Virus record (IMG/VR): IMGVR_UViG_3300019776_000583
Location: 20,162 to 84,161 of that record
Reading direction: 5' to 3' (one strand)
DNA from: a virus
Lineage: Duplodnaviria; Heunggongvirae; Uroviricota; Caudoviricetes
DNA: 64,000 bases
In this document: positions 28,170-38,015 of the stretch, one piece after another
Numbering within the stretch: position 1 is the first letter of the stretch
Layout: the number at the start of each line of letters is the position of its first letter
Notes under the pieces: model-generated
Databases searched by the model: none
Told to the model about the DNA's origin: nothing
What the model saw: the letters and a program-made list of their open reading frames with translations, nothing else
Program-made: the position numbers and the translations under genes

Positions 28170-31100
28170 ATGAAGAACAGCCTGACACCGTTCACCGCAG
28201 ATGACCTACTTGCCGCACCTCAATCCGGCCAGGCTTCTCAGCCGGAGAGCGGCACCGCTGCCATCTTCGATGCGCTGCTGTCGCAAGAGTCCGGCGGCCG
28301 GCAATTCGACAAGAATGGCGCCCCCATCACGAGCTCAGCTGGCGCCGTCGGCATCGCTCAGGTCATGGAGAAGACGGGGCCCGAGGCCGCTGCGCTGGCG
28401 GGCCTGCCGTGGGATCGGGATCGGTGGCAGCGCGACGCCGACTACAACAAGGCGATCGGCAACGCCTACTTTCAGAAGCAGCTGAACGAATTCGGAAACG
28501 TGCCTCAGGCGCTGGCTGCCTACAACGCAGGCCCTGGCGCGGTTCGGCGCGCGGTAGCACTTGCGCAGCGCGACGGCCAGCCGGACGCCTGGCTTGCAAA
28601 GCTGCCAGAGGAGACTCGAAGCTACGTGCCGGCCGTTCTGTCTCGTGCCGGCGTCCCGATGCCGGCCGGCGCAGCCGAGCCCGACAAGCAGTACTACGGC
28701 ACTCCGTCGAAGGAGTTCATCCCTCTCGCCTCCAGGAAGCCTGGAGCGACTGCCGGCGACTTCGTGCGCGAGTTCATCGCGTCTGGAGCCTCTGGCATTG
28801 GCTCGATCATTCAAGCTGGCGGAGAGGTGGCTGCAGCCGTGGCCAACAAGGTCAGCGGCACCAACGACTACGAGGGAAAGAACGTCTTCGCGGGGACTGC
28901 CGATTCACTGCGGCAGAACATGACGGAGGGCGGCCGAGCGGCCCTCGCAGACAGCAACATCGAGGGAAGCCTCGCCGACCTGTCTTTGGAGAAGCTGCCG
29001 AGCTCCCCCCAGGCCTGGGGGATGCTGACGGCAAACGTCCTTGGGTCATTGGCCTCGACGATGATCCCGATGGTCGGCCCGATGGCGCGCGTCGCATCTA
29101 CAGCCAAAGCTGGGGATGTTGCCCGCCTGGCATCCGCGTCTCGTACGGCAAAAGTGGCTGGCGCCGGATTCGGTGCTGCGCAGACCGGGGGCGCTGCTGC
29201 AGAAGAGGTTCGCAAGAGCGCCGAGAAGGCGATCTCCGGCATGACTCACGAGCAGCTGATGTCGTCAGTCCCGTCCTACGCTCAGGCGTTCGGCGAAACA
29301 GGCGACGAGGCTCAGGCAAGGTCTGCTGTTGTGAACTCCGCGGCGCAGCTCGCCGGCATGGGTGCGGCCGTGTTTGGTGCGGTCGGCGGCGCAGTCAACG
29401 CAAAGGTGATCGAAGACATCATCTTGAAGCAGGGCATCACGAAGATGCTCGGAAACAAGTTGCCGACGCGCCTCGCTGTTGGGGCCCCTGTTATTGGGAT
29501 GGCTGAAGGCGGGCAAGAGGTCTCCGAGAAGGTTGGGCAGAACATTGGTGAGGACCTGGGCCTCGGCCGAGATCCGATGGCTGACCCGCTGCGGGACACT
29601 GCTGGTGACTTCGTTGGCGGCATGATCGGCGGCAATGCTGTCGGCGGCGTTGCGGCGCTTCGGCGGCCTGAGATGGATCCCGTGGCGCGCAAGGCATCGG
29701 AGCCAAACAGCCCGTTGTCCAAGGCGGCAACTCAGGGTGTGATTGCCACCGATGCTGCGCCGCAGCCCGCGTCGCCAGCCCCCGTAGACCCGGCCCAGCG
29801 CCTGGCCGAGCTCGAGGCCATCGGCCAGCAGGGCGGCGTCTTCACGCCCGGGCAGCAGCAAGAATACGAGGCACTCAAGGGCGCCCGAGACGCTACCCCT
29901 GGCGCCGTGCCCGACGAGATCGGCCCGCGCGCCATGGCCGCTCGCGACGCCCTGCGCGTCGACCGCAGCCTGATGGATGCGCTGCGCGCAGACACCTCCC
30001 CCATCAAGCCCTCGGCCCTGCTGAAGGACCTGTCGATCGCCACTAGCAAGAGTGCTCAGCCCGCCATGCGCGAGCAGGCCCTGACGCGCGTCGAGATGGC
30101 AATGGAGTGGGCCAGAGCGAACCCGGCCCCGACGATCGAGACGGGGATCGAGGAGATCTCCGGCTTCTCCGGCGGCGAAGATCGCCCGACCGGCCCGCGG
30201 CCGACCGCGACTCAGCTGCGCGCCGGCGTCGACCGCGACGCCGAGCTGATTGGCCAGCGCGATGGCGGCCTGGCTAATCCGGCCGGCCAGCGCTCCCGCG
30301 ACGAGGCCGACCGCCGCGAGCAGGCCGCGATCGACATCGAGTCCGCGCCCAACGCTTCGCCCGAGGTGCTGGACCGCGCCGTAGCGCTGCGCCAGCAGGC
30401 CGCGAGCCTGCGCCGCCGGGCCGACGAGATGGACGCTCAGCCAGGCGCTGGCGGCACGTCTGGCGTTGGCTTTGCCCGCGACCGCGCCGGCATCGACGAG
30501 CAGCGCCAGGCAAACCTCGAGCGCAACATGCGCGCGCCGGCCGCTACGGCCGCTCCCGCCGCACCGGCGCCCGTCGCCGTCACAGCCACCGACCAGGCCC
30601 GCCTGGAGTCCGCAGCGCTGGCCGGCAAGGACGCCCAGCGCCGCGCTGAGGACAGCCCCCGCCAGGTCATCATCGACCGCGCGCTGCGCAACGTCGAGGA
30701 GCGCGGCGGCGTGGCCAGCCCGGCCGAGGCCCGAATCTTCCAGGAGGCCGGCGTCGGCAAGCCGTACGACCGCATCGACGAGAGCCTGGCCGGCGAGCCC
30801 TCGACCGACCAGCAGCTCACCGGCGCGACCGGCATCGCGCTGGGCCGCGCCCCGCGCGAGAGCTTGCGCCAGGGCCAGCAGTCCGAAGCCGACCTGATCG
30901 CCCGGGAGCAGCGCGACCGCAGCGACAGCCGCATGAAGGCTCTGGCCGCCGAGCGCGCCGCCACCCAGGCCGCACGCCCGGGCGAGAGGGCTGCAGCGCC
31001 GGCGCCCTCCGCCGACGACGTCATCGCCGCCCTGAAGACAATCCCGGCCCTCCGCACGGCCGAGCAGAAGTCGCTGGTCGACATCGCGCGCCGCAACTAC

Positions 31101-34100
31101 ACCGTCGAGCAGATGCGCGTCATGAACGATGCCGCCGTCAACCCGGCGAACCTGAGCGCGACCGACAAGTTGCAGCTGCAGCAGATCCGCAAGTCCGAGG
31201 AGCGTGACGCGGCGCTGCTGGCCCTGCCCGACGTCGCCATCCCGGCTGGCAATGGGCCCGCCTTCATCCGCAAGCGCAAGGCCCAGATCGAGGCCGCCGC
31301 TGCCCAGGGCTTCGAGACCGTTGAGCGCCGCGACGGCGTATTCGTGATTCGCAATTCGCGAACGGGCGCTGAGATGCGCCTGTCTGGCCGTGCCGACGCA
31401 GCGCTGGCCCGCGAGGCCATCCGCAAGATGGTCGACGAGCGAGCTCACGCCGCCGCCACCAGCCCGAAGAACGACCGCAAGGATCCCAGTTGGGCCCAGA
31501 TCGACGCGATCAACTGGAAGAAGGGTGACCCGATCCCATTGAACGGCGTGACCGTTCGCATCGAGAACCCCGTCGGCTCCATCCGCCGCGCACGCCCTGA
31601 TGCGCCGGTGCAGTGGAAGACCACGATGAAGCACCACTACGGCGAGATCGCCGGCACCAAGGGTGTCGACGGCGACCCGGTGGACGTCTTCGTGGGGCCG
31701 AACCCCGCAAGCCCGAAGATCTGGGTGATCGACCAGGTCACGGAGGGCGGCAAGCTCGACGAGCACAAGGTGATGTTCGGCTTCGACAGCGAGTCGGCCG
31801 CGCGCGCCGGCTACCTGTCGAACTTCAGCAGCGGCTGGAAGGGCCTGGGCAACATCACTGAGATGACCCAGGACGAGTTCCGCGCCTGGATCAAGGACCA
31901 GGGCGCCACGATGGCGCCGGCTGCCGAAGCCGCGCCGGCCCAGCAGGATGATGCTGAAAAGGCAACGACCGGCGCCGCAGAAGCGGCACCCGACATCGCC
32001 ACCGAAGTCGAGCCCGAATCCGGCTCGTTCACCGTCCGCATGGATGGCAAGAACGTGCGCTTCGAGCGCCGCGGTGTGGACGCGCTTGGAGAGACCGAGT
32101 CGCCTGAGCGAGACGGCAAGGCCACCCGCATCAGCAAGAAGTCTGCAGCACTCATCAAAGCCATCGCAAAGGCGCTGGGCAAGAAAGTCGTCTTCTTCGC
32201 TGACGTGAGCGGCGTGCGCCCTGGCGACGGCTTTGTGGTTCCGAACGAACCTAACACGATCTATTTGAATGAGATCTCAACGATCAGCCCTATGGCCGTC
32301 ATGGGCCATGAGTTCCTGCATACCCTTCGCCTGACCAACCCCAAGGCCTGGGACGCGATCGCGGCCGTCGTCAAGACCAGCGTGAAAGACCCCAAGGGAT
32401 TCCGCAAGGACTACTACGGCGCCGAGAAGGGCGAGAAGCGCGGAGACGGCGCGCTGAGCGAGGAGCAGGGCGGCGAGCTCGAGGAGCTGGTCTCCGACCT
32501 GGGTGGCAACCTGATGACCGACCCCAAGTTCTGGGAGGAGGTCTTCGCCAAGATCCGCGCCGACAACGGCAAGGACGCAAAGGGCATCATCGCCCGCCTG
32601 ATCGCGACGCTCCAGTCGATGATCGACAAGATCGCCGGCACGGTGAAGGGCCGGAAGTTCAAGGCCGACGACCCCGAGAATGGCTTCGTCACCGACCTCG
32701 ACTCCATCCGTGCGGCCTACCGCGACGGCCTGGCGGCCTACCTGCAGCAGAGCGGGGAGTCGAAGGCGGGCATGCAGGCGGAGGTGCTGAAGTCGCGGGG
32801 ACGCGTCGGATTCAGTGAGATTTCCAAGAAGTACCTGGAAGGCTGGCCGCCCGGCTTGCGCGTAGATTACCGCGGCACAGAGGCTTACTACGCAATCAAG
32901 CGATTGCCATACAACGACAACGCCAGCGCGCAGAAGGAGCTTGGCGTCAAGTTCAGTGGCGACATGATGGCGGACATCGGAGCTACCGTGGCGGCAGTTG
33001 CTGCGCGCGACGGATTCCCAGGACTTGATCGCGCACCTCGGATTCCCGTCTATAGCGCAATGCTCAGCGAGATGCAGCTGCGGCAGGCCGGTCGCGGCTA
33101 CATACAAGTTCTGCCCACCGTTGTGGATACAGAAAACGTAGAAACCCTCTACGTCAACTGGTCCAGCGGGTCCTCTGAAGATGAGGTTCGATCCGCCGCC
33201 AGGGCGGAGGCCGCCAACCAGCGCCTGAACAGGATCTTTTACGGGCCATCAAGCGGGGTTGTTTCAGGACTGGAGTCTGGCGCTGTATCGCGAGACCCGT
33301 CAGCCTGGGCGGAGGCGATGGCAACGGCACTCTCCGTGACGGCGCGAGCAACGCCCAAAAAGCAGTCGGCAGAGTGGGGGCGTTCATTTGGTGAGCGCAT
33401 GTGGTCCAGGATGCCTGACAAGTTCGTCGTGGGCGTCTTTGAGGATCTCGGCTCCGACCACCCCGACAAGAGAGCAGAGCTCGCCAAGTGGAGGGCCAGT
33501 GAGTCTGACCGCAAGGAGGCGGTGCGCGCAAATCGCGACTGGGAAAACCGCCCCCTGTACCAAAAGATCCTTGACGCCGTGCGCGGCACACGGGGCCCCG
33601 GATCTGACGAGGCACGCCGATCGCCAGAGCGCGGCATGACGGTCACCGGCTATCACTTTAGCCGCGAGCCTCGCAAGGCCCTGAGTTCAGCGACGCATGG
33701 CCAAGGTTTGCAGGACGCCAACCGCGAGCAGTTCCAGGACGCAGAAGACCAGCGCATTCGCCAGCGGATCTACTTCTACGTCGACAAGGGCACCGGCATC
33801 ACTCCGCTGCCAGGCCTTGGCACGCACGCTCACCGCACGAAGCTGTCTGGCGTGTACGACATGAACAAGGACGCGCTCGGCCTGAGGCGCGGGAAGTCTC
33901 TCGCGGACTTCGAGAGCTCTGTGCTGGACGCGGGGTACGATGGATACCTGGACCGCCGAGACGGCACGCAGCCTGGCGTCGTCATCATGCTGGGCAAGCG
34001 CTCGATCACCCCCGAGTACCTTGGAATGATGGGCTCGATCAAGGACGGTGAGAAGCTGCCTGGCGCAGTGGCCCCCGCGGTTGAGCGCCCCCCGATCTCC

Positions 34101-37100
34101 AAGGGATTGATGTCCAAGGAGATCGATGCCGTCGAGGTCGGAAACATCCCCGGCGCCCGCATGCGCGCAGGCACCCTGACGATCCCGGCCGACCAGGCCG
34201 AGGCCGCCAACGCCGAGATGGCGCGCATCGGCTCGTCCATCCGCTTCAGCAAGGAGCGCCTGGCCACCCCGGCGGAGCAGATCGAGGCCGTTCGCAAGAA
34301 GTACGAGGGCACCGATCAGTGGATGAAGTCGCCCAACGGGCGCCAGACAAACCTGTCGGAGCGCCAGTGGCTGCACGTGCGCACGCCGAGCTTCAAGAAG
34401 TGGTTCGGCGACTGGGAGAAGTTCGCTGCGATGCAGGGCGGCGTCTGGAATGACGCTAGCGGCGAGGTGTCAAAGGTCGTCAGCAGCAGCGGAGAGCCGC
34501 TGGTGGTCTACCACGGCACCGACAACGGCGGCTTCGCAGAGTTCTGGAAGCCCAGCGGAACCAAGCGCGGCGACCTCGGCATCTTCACGACAGACGACCT
34601 TCCGATGGCCGCGAGCTACGTGCATCTCGGCCGCGGGCGGATGCTTGGCGCCGGCGATATTTCGGAGTTTGGTGAACAGGACGCGCAGAAGCCTGGAATC
34701 TATGCGCTGTTTCTGAATATCCGAAAGCCGATCGAGAGAGACTTTGAGGGGGCCAACTGGGACGGTAGCCGCAACGGCCAGTTCATGGTGGTTGACGACG
34801 ACGGCGAGCAACTGTTCAAAGACGATGGTAGCGGGTACTTTGCAGACCACGGCGACGCCTTCGACCTGGTCATTCAAAAGGGCGGCAACATCGAGGAAGC
34901 CACCGACCACTACGAGTCGACAGACAGCGTCGTGCGCGAAGCACAGCGCGGCGGAAGCGATGGCGCGATCATCCGCCAGGTGGTGGACGAGGGTGGCGGT
35001 CGCAGCAGCTACGCGGGCGAGCCGAGCGACATCTTCGTCGCACTCGACCCGAACCAGGTGAAGAGCGCCGACTTCAACGGCGGCGAGTACAGCGTCACCG
35101 AGGACGACATCCGCAAGAGCGCGCCGCGCGAGCACATCCGCGTGCATGAGTTCGAGGTCAGCACTCGCACGCCGTACGCCAAGGAAACGAAGAACTTCAC
35201 GCCAGAGGACGCCCGCGCAAACCTTCTGATCAGCGACTTCGCCGCAGGCCTCGGCCAGGAGAAGTGGCTCAGCGCCGTCACCGAGCTGGTCGAGTCCTAT
35301 CCGAACTACCGCGCAGCGCCGAGCGCCGACACGCCCGAGAAGAAGCTCGAGCGCATAGTCCGCCAGATGGTGGAGAACCTGACGTGGCTGCACGACCGGG
35401 TGCCGGCTGCAACGCGCAGCCGCAGCAAGCTCTGGTATGACGGAGCCAACGCCATCGCGCAGCGCTGGGTGAAGAAGTACGGCATCACCGACGCCCAGGC
35501 GGCCGGCATCCTGGCCGTTCTGAGCCCGCAGAAAGACTGGTTCATGAACGTGAGCCTGGCCAACCGCGTGGCCGACATCCTGAGCGAGCGACAGGCCTTT
35601 CGATGGTCCAATCAGATGGACGAGACGGCCAGCCGGATCTTCGGCAATGAAGCCTACGACGAGGACATCGCCGAGATCCGCGGCGAGACGCTGCAGGACA
35701 TCGATGACCCGTACCTGCGCGCGATGTGGGTGCGCGTGTACGACCAGGCGCACAACTCGAGCTCGTTCTACATCGTCTCGCCGGAGGGCGACTTCATCGC
35801 CGAGGCGCGCACGAAGGGCGGCACCCTCGGGCGCGTGGCGTGGGGTGGAAACAGCACGATCGCCAAAGCTGTTTCGATCTTCGAGAACGGCAGCTTTGAG
35901 AACATCAGCACATCTCTCGGGCGGATGCACAAGGTCCGAAACTTCTACAACAACATCCTCGTGCCGAATAGCCCGAACGGGCACGTGACGATCGACACTC
36001 ATGCGGTGGCGGCCGCGCTGTTGCGCGCACTGTCTGGCAACTCGCTCGAGGTGAAGCACAACTTCAGCGGCCCCAGTAGCGCGCACGCCGGTCTGAAGGG
36101 TGTATACGCCCTCTACGAGGAGGCGTACCGGCGCGCTGCCGCAGAGCGCGGTATCCTCCCGCGCGAGATGCAATCGATCACGTGGGAGGCCATCCGCGGC
36201 CTGTACGTGCCAACATTCAAGGCCCAGGAGCGCAACGTCGACGCGATCGACGCGGTCTGGGACCGCTACAGCAAAGGACGCCTGAGCTATGAAAAAGCCC
36301 GACAACAAGTATTCGAGCTTGGTGGACGCATTGACCCCCCTAGCTGGGAAGGACGCGACCCTGGCGCGTATGTTGAAGATGAACCGGCCTCTGACGATGG
36401 AGACGTATCTGAGGATGGAGCATCCGCAGGGGATTCCTCCGATGACCGCGGAGCTGCTGGCAAGCGTGCCGGCGCCGCTGCGCGCCGGTCAGCAGAACGA
36501 GACGGAAGAGGACGGAATCAAGGCCGAGGCCTTACGCCGCTTGCGGGTGCGCCAGCTGTCCAAGGCGCGGCCGGTCCCGACCCCCGACTCGTCGAAGTAG
36601 CAGAGCGCTACGCGGCAGCGCGCGGCATCAAGCTGCGCCGCCAGGCCGAGTACGTCGGCGTCGATGAAGGGCGCGCACGCCGCATCGCGGCCGCCTACGA
36701 CGCCATGCCACACGCGCCGCAGGACCCCAAGGTCAAGGCAGCCTACGCCAGCCTGATCGAGCAGACTGTCGCGCAGTACAAGGCGCTCGAGGCGGCCGGC
36801 TATCAGTTCTACCTGTTCGACGAGACCAACGACCCATACAAGGGCAACCCGTGGAACGCCATGCGCGACCTGCGGGTCAACAAGGTGATGGGGGTCTTCG
36901 CGACAGAGGCTGGCTTCGGCAGCAGCGACCTGGACGTCGCCGACAACCCGCTGCTTGCGGACACTGGCATCAAGTGGCCGTGGGGTGTTACCGACGGCGA
37001 GCCGAAGCGCGTGCTGGCCAACGACCTGTTCCGCGCCGTTCATGACGCCTTTGGCCACGGCCTGGAGGGCGCCGGCTTCCGTGCGCAGGGCGAGGAGAAC

Positions 37101-37499
37101 GCATGGCAGGCTCACGTGCGGCTGTTCGATGGCCCAGCGCTCGGCGCCATCACAAGCGAGACGCGCGGCCAGAACTCCTTCCTCAACTACGGCCCCAACG
37201 GCGACAAGAACCGCGGCGCCAAAGTAGAGGACACCATCTTCGCCGACCAGAAGACGGGGCTCATGCCGGAGTGGACCTGGCAAGAGGGACGCGCTGCCGA
37301 CGAGGTGTCGTTCGAGCCCGACCAGGACCTAATCGACCTGTTCGAGGACCTTGGCGCGATGGGCCAGCGCAAAGCCCGCGCCGAGACTGCGGCAAGTGCC
37401 CACCCTCAGGCCCAGAAGATCAAAGAAGTCAACGACAATATCCTCGACCTGCTGCAGGAGTTGGAAGACTCCGGGAGCTTGACGATCAACTGCGACTAA
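28170..37499 (+). CDS. Giant polyvalent virion protein (3109 aa): N-terminal lytic transglycosylase (SLT), HExxH zincin-like motif, inorganic-pyrophosphatase-like domain, YHGT-motif domain
   Basis: Single uninterrupted 9.3-kb ORF with coding bias. SLT motifs ESGG...GIAQVM...AYNAGPG at the N-terminus. MGHEFLHTL. DGDPVDVFVG...DEHKV. VVYHGTDNGGFAEF. Confidence 0.85.
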   Translation: MKNSLTPFTADDLLAAPQSGQASQPESGTAAIFDALLSQESGGRQFDKNGAPITSSAGAVGIAQVMEKTGPEAAALAGLPWDRDRWQRDADYNKAIGNAYFQKQLNEFGNVPQALAAYNAGPGAVRRAVALAQRDGQPDAWLAKLPEETRSYVPAVLSRAGVPMPAGAAEPDKQYYGTPSKEFIPLASRKPGATAGDFVREFIASGASGIGSIIQAGGEVAAAVANKVSGTNDYEGKNVFAGTADSLRQNMTEGGRAALADSNIEGSLADLSLEKLPSSPQAWGMLTANVLGSLASTMIPMVGPMARVASTAKAGDVARLASASRTAKVAGAGFGAAQTGGAAAEEVRKSAEKAISGMTHEQLMSSVPSYAQAFGETGDEAQARSAVVNSAAQLAGMGAAVFGAVGGAVNAKVIEDIILKQGITKMLGNKLPTRLAVGAPVIGMAEGGQEVSEKVGQNIGEDLGLGRDPMADPLRDTAGDFVGGMIGGNAVGGVAALRRPEMDPVARKASEPNSPLSKAATQGVIATDAAPQPASPAPVDPAQRLAELEAIGQQGGVFTPGQQQEYEALKGARDATPGAVPDEIGPRAMAARDALRVDRSLMDALRADTSPIKPSALLKDLSIATSKSAQPAMREQALTRVEMAMEWARANPAPTIETGIEEISGFSGGEDRPTGPRPTATQLRAGVDRDAELIGQRDGGLANPAGQRSRDEADRREQAAIDIESAPNASPEVLDRAVALRQQAASLRRRADEMDAQPGAGGTSGVGFARDRAGIDEQRQANLERNMRAPAATAAPAAPAPVAVTATDQARLESAALAGKDAQRRAEDSPRQVIIDRALRNVEERGGVASPAEARIFQEAGVGKPYDRIDESLAGEPSTDQQLTGATGIALGRAPRESLRQGQQSEADLIAREQRDRSDSRMKALAAERAATQAARPGERAAAPAPSADDVIAALKTIPALRTAEQKSLVDIARRNYTVEQMRVMNDAAVNPANLSATDKLQLQQIRKSEERDAALLALPDVAIPAGNGPAFIRKRKAQIEAAAAQGFETVERRDGVFVIRNSRTGAEMRLSGRADAALAREAIRKMVDERAHAAATSPKNDRKDPSWAQIDAINWKKGDPIPLNGVTVRIENPVGSIRRARPDAPVQWKTTMKHHYGEIAGTKGVDGDPVDVFVGPNPASPKIWVIDQVTEGGKLDEHKVMFGFDSESAARAGYLSNFSSGWKGLGNITEMTQDEFRAWIKDQGATMAPAAEAAPAQQDDAEKATTGAAEAAPDIATEVEPESGSFTVRMDGKNVRFERRGVDALGETESPERDGKATRISKKSAALIKAIAKALGKKVVFFADVSGVRPGDGFVVPNEPNTIYLNEISTISPMAVMGHEFLHTLRLTNPKAWDAIAAVVKTSVKDPKGFRKDYYGAEKGEKRGDGALSEEQGGELEELVSDLGGNLMTDPKFWEEVFAKIRADNGKDAKGIIARLIATLQSMIDKIAGTVKGRKFKADDPENGFVTDLDSIRAAYRDGLAAYLQQSGESKAGMQAEVLKSRGRVGFSEISKKYLEGWPPGLRVDYRGTEAYYAIKRLPYNDNASAQKELGVKFSGDMMADIGATVAAVAARDGFPGLDRAPRIPVYSAMLSEMQLRQAGRGYIQVLPTVVDTENVETLYVNWSSGSSEDEVRSAARAEAANQRLNRIFYGPSSGVVSGLESGAVSRDPSAWAEAMATALSVTARATPKKQSAEWGRSFGERMWSRMPDKFVVGVFEDLGSDHPDKRAELAKWRASESDRKEAVRANRDWENRPLYQKILDAVRGTRGPGSDEARRSPERGMTVTGYHFSREPRKALSSATHGQGLQDANREQFQDAEDQRIRQRIYFYVDKGTGITPLPGLGTHAHRTKLSGVYDMNKDALGLRRGKSLADFESSVLDAGYDGYLDRRDGTQPGVVIMLGKRSITPEYLGMMGSIKDGEKLPGAVAPAVERPPISKGLMSKEIDAVEVGNIPGARMRAGTLTIPADQAEAANAEMARIGSSIRFSKERLATPAEQIEAVRKKYEGTDQWMKSPNGRQTNLSERQWLHVRTPSFKKWFGDWEKFAAMQGGVWNDASGEVSKVVSSSGEPLVVYHGTDNGGFAEFWKPSGTKRGDLGIFTTDDLPMAASYVHLGRGRMLGAGDISEFGEQDAQKPGIYALFLNIRKPIERDFEGANWDGSRNGQFMVVDDDGEQLFKDDGSGYFADHGDAFDLVIQKGGNIEEATDHYESTDSVVREAQRGGSDGAIIRQVVDEGGGRSSYAGEPSDIFVALDPNQVKSADFNGGEYSVTEDDIRKSAPREHIRVHEFEVSTRTPYAKETKNFTPEDARANLLISDFAAGLGQEKWLSAVTELVESYPNYRAAPSADTPEKKLERIVRQMVENLTWLHDRVPAATRSRSKLWYDGANAIAQRWVKKYGITDAQAAGILAVLSPQKDWFMNVSLANRVADILSERQAFRWSNQMDETASRIFGNEAYDEDIAEIRGETLQDIDDPYLRAMWVRVYDQAHNSSSFYIVSPEGDFIAEARTKGGTLGRVAWGGNSTIAKAVSIFENGSFENISTSLGRMHKVRNFYNNILVPNSPNGHVTIDTHAVAAALLRALSGNSLEVKHNFSGPSSAHAGLKGVYALYEEAYRRAAAERGILPREMQSITWEAIRGLYVPTFKAQERNVDAIDAVWDRYSKGRLSYEKARQQVFELGGRIDPPSWEGRDPGAYVEDEPASDDGDVSEDGASAGDSSDDRGAAGKRAGAAARRSAERDGRGRNQGRGLTPLAGAPAVQGAAGPDPRLVEVAERYAAARGIKLRRQAEYVGVDEGRARRIAAAYDAMPHAPQDPKVKAAYASLIEQTVAQYKALEAAGYQFYLFDETNDPYKGNPWNAMRDLRVNKVMGVFATEAGFGSSDLDVADNPLLADTGIKWPWGVTDGEPKRVLANDLFRAVHDAFGHGLEGAGFRAQGEENAWQAHVRLFDGPALGAITSETRGQNSFLNYGPNGDKNRGAKVEDTIFADQKTGLMPEWTWQEGRAADEVSFEPDQDLIDLFEDLGAMGQRKARAETAASAHPQAQKIKEVNDNILDLLQELEDSGSLTINCD

Positions 37500-37508
37500 C
37501 GAACAAAA

Positions 37509-38015
37509 ATGCCAATCCAGCCCAAAAGCGACATTTGCCAGGAGCGACTGCATCAGCTGTTCGTGTACGACGAACAGACGGGCATTTTCACGCGCCGCAT
37601 CAGCCGGCGCTGCGCAAAGGCGGGCTCCGTTGCCGGGTGTCGATCCACCGACGGGTACTGGCAAATCTCAATCAGCGGCTCCGTCTATAGAGCCCATCGC
37701 CTTGCGTGGCTGTATGCGCACGGAACCTGGCCCACAAATCAGATCGATCACATTGACGGCAACCGGCTGAACAACAGGATCACCAACCTTAGGGATGTGC
37801 CTCAATCCACCAACATGCTGAACATTCACGCCCCGGGGTCCGCCAACACGACAGGCTTTCGTGGCGTGTTCTTTGATCGCAATAGCGGCACATTTTCGTA
37901 CTCTGTCAGAGTCAAAGGTCGAGACGGGGTCGGTAGCGGGTTCAAGGATGCGATGACAGCGCATCAGGGGTATTTGCTCAGGAAAGAAATTATGATCGGA
38001 GAAGCGCGCCAATGA
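37509..38015 (+). CDS. HNH homing endonuclease with an AP2-type DNA-binding domain
   Basis: HRLAWLYAHGTWPTNQIDHIDGNRLNNRITNLR is an HNH signature. GFRGVFFDRNSGTFSYSV is AP2-like. Confidence 0.8.
   Translation: MPIQPKSDICQERLHQLFVYDEQTGIFTRRISRRCAKAGSVAGCRSTDGYWQISISGSVYRAHRLAWLYAHGTWPTNQIDHIDGNRLNNRITNLRDVPQSTNMLNIHAPGSANTTGFRGVFFDRNSGTFSYSVRVKGRDGVGSGFKDAMTAHQGYLLRKEIMIGEARQ

Noticed and set aside
29265-31766. 833-aa minus-strand ORF (and similar 34470..36308, 41585..43816, 32277..33107, 39437..40441)
   Set aside because: All are antisense artefacts inside the two giant + strand ORFs.
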